A stretch of 64,000 nucleotides of DNA from the human T2T-CHM13v2.0 reference genome, Homo sapiens, in assembly GCF_009914755.1 (NCBI RefSeq), contig NC_060925.1. One strand, given 5' to 3'. The translations under genes were made by a program, and so were the position numbers. Shown here one piece after another: positions 62,239 to 64,000 of this stretch (position 1 is the first letter of the stretch; the number at the start of each line of letters is the position of its first letter). The notes beneath the pieces were generated by a model. The model had not been told where the DNA came from, made no database searches, and saw nothing but the letters and a program-made list of their open reading frames with translations.

Positions 62239-64000
62239 TGAGGTTTTGATTTTTAATTAATTGTAGCTTTTTTCTGTTTTACAGTCTTCATTTAATTGTC
62301 CTAGTTTCACATTAAAAATGGTATCTTTTTCATTCAGAATGCAAATTTCATTTCTTGAAGGAGAGTTTTCCTCTTGAAGCTTTTTAGTTTTTTATTTCAG
62401 AAGTTCAACTTTTGCTGTATCTCACTGCATGTAATTTTCAGGTCATACATTTTTGCCTTCTGTACTTTCTTCTCTTGAGAAGGCCCGGGATAATAACTTT
62501 CCCCTTCAACTTTTTCATCAGCTCCGATCATTTTTTCTCTGGTTCTAACACTGGTGTTATGGCCTGATGCTGAAGTGTTTCTCTTAAAGGCCCAGAAAAA
62601 CAATGTTTTTCTTCAGTGTAATTTAATTTTGTACTCTTGGCTTTTCTTGATGTGTCTGAATTGTTTCATAACACTGTGAAAGTTTCCATGCTGTTACTAA
62701 GAGCCATATATTCCTCTGCTTAAGGTACTAGTTTTCTTGTTTACATTCCTCTATAATATAGTGTACACTCTTAACCTTACACACATATTCTTCCTGTGTC
62801 TCATGAAATTCAAGTACCTTTTCACCAGGTTAAACTTCCAGGTTGTCTAAATGGGCTTCCCATAAGGAGAAACAATCACACTGCAAAAGATTTTTCTTTA
62901 CTGTTTCAGTAACTGGCCTGGAAAACAAAACATTTACATTTTATCAAGATAACTTTCAGTGTTATCTTTATTAGATTTTTGATCACTTAGGAAAGCTGAG
63001 GTCTGAAAGAATTAAGGTTTTAAAAATTCTTGTAACTTTCTGTATTGATTTTTAAGCCTTTTGGGTATGACTCTGATTAAATGAATGACTATTATTTCAG
63101 TGACCTGTGATCTTGTTTTGATCAAATGTTTGAGCCTTTGGGCATCTTTGACAAACTTTCCCAGAATCAAATTCTAAATTAAATCTCTTTGACCTAGAAT
63201 TAACTTTGGAATTTTCCAGTTGGGCCCCTGGAGAGCTTCAAAGAATGCATCTCTCATCTCATAGATATGTTAAATGACTAGGCTTATTTGATAAATTATA
63301 AGGAAAACTTTGTCAAATGATGAGTGATGCTAGATTTTCTTTCAGTTACGTTTATGGGTATGTTATTGATATAAATTTTCCAAAATTATATACAATTCTT
63401 AGAAATCTAATATGTCATCAGTCATAAATCTAGATATTGTGTTGTATGCCACAAAATAACTAAATTTTCTTGTCAATTTCTAATTACAATGAACTTCTAT
63501 CAGATTTTTAACCATGACAATTCTAAGTTTTTGTCATCTGTAGTTTATCATTTTAAATTCCTCTCTAAAGGCATTTACAATAAGATTTATGGAAGACTGT
63601 AACAAATACTCTTAAAATACAAGTTTATAATACCTTTAAGATCAATGGACTAAATGAAATGTTTTTCAAAGCTCTAATAAAAAACTGATGGGTGCATACA
63701 ACTACTAATCAAGATCAAGCAGAACAAAAATTAGCTACGTGAGATTGATAAATATAATGTTTTTATGACTTTTATTTAAAACATTATTGGTTCTTTACTG
63801 AATTATTCTGTTTTCTAGACTTAAAAAATTTTCTCTCTTAAGCTAACTATAGTTTACAGCAATTTGGTAAAGTATACTTTTGTAAACAAGTTGGAAACAT
63901 TTGCTTTTTATCTCTACTGGATTCCTTCAGAATTTAGAATCTATTCATGAGTATTCTTATGGCAGTATGGTTATTTACACAAGTCCAGTAAAAATCTGCT

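Overview
This is primate (most likely human) nuclear DNA. The evidence is AluJ/S/Y, L1PA, MIR, L2, L3, MaLR and ERV1 elements. I find no credible host protein-coding gene, RNA gene or CRISPR array. The long ORFs are by-products of simple repeats or decayed retroelements. The first ~57 kb is moderately GC-rich, very rich in MIR/L2, poor in Alu, and has several short AT-rich, homeobox-motif-rich unique blocks that may be enhancers. Main landmarks: (1) a 34-bp minisatellite at ~3.4-3.8 kb; (2) a 1.28-kb (CAC/CAT)n trinucleotide array with an exact 228-bp internal duplication, located at a MIR tail, next to a 0.7-kb TG/TGTGG-rich array; (3) a two-LTR, internally deleted class I ERV provirus at 17188-23289 (minus strand) with gag/pro/pol remnants, a perfect tRNA-Arg PBS and a MER30B inserted in gag; (4) a solo LTR8 with a perfect TSD; (5) an AluY carrying a 48-bp insertion copied from 703 bp upstream; (6) nested L1/LTR insertions; (7) a second ERV1 (LTR, Leu PBS, AT-rich internal region) running off the right edge. 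I see no solid evidence of a new biological system. The best leads are repeat-biology and genome-repair oddities. All repeat family calls come from recalled consensus sequences, not from a database search, and boundaries of old elements are approximate.
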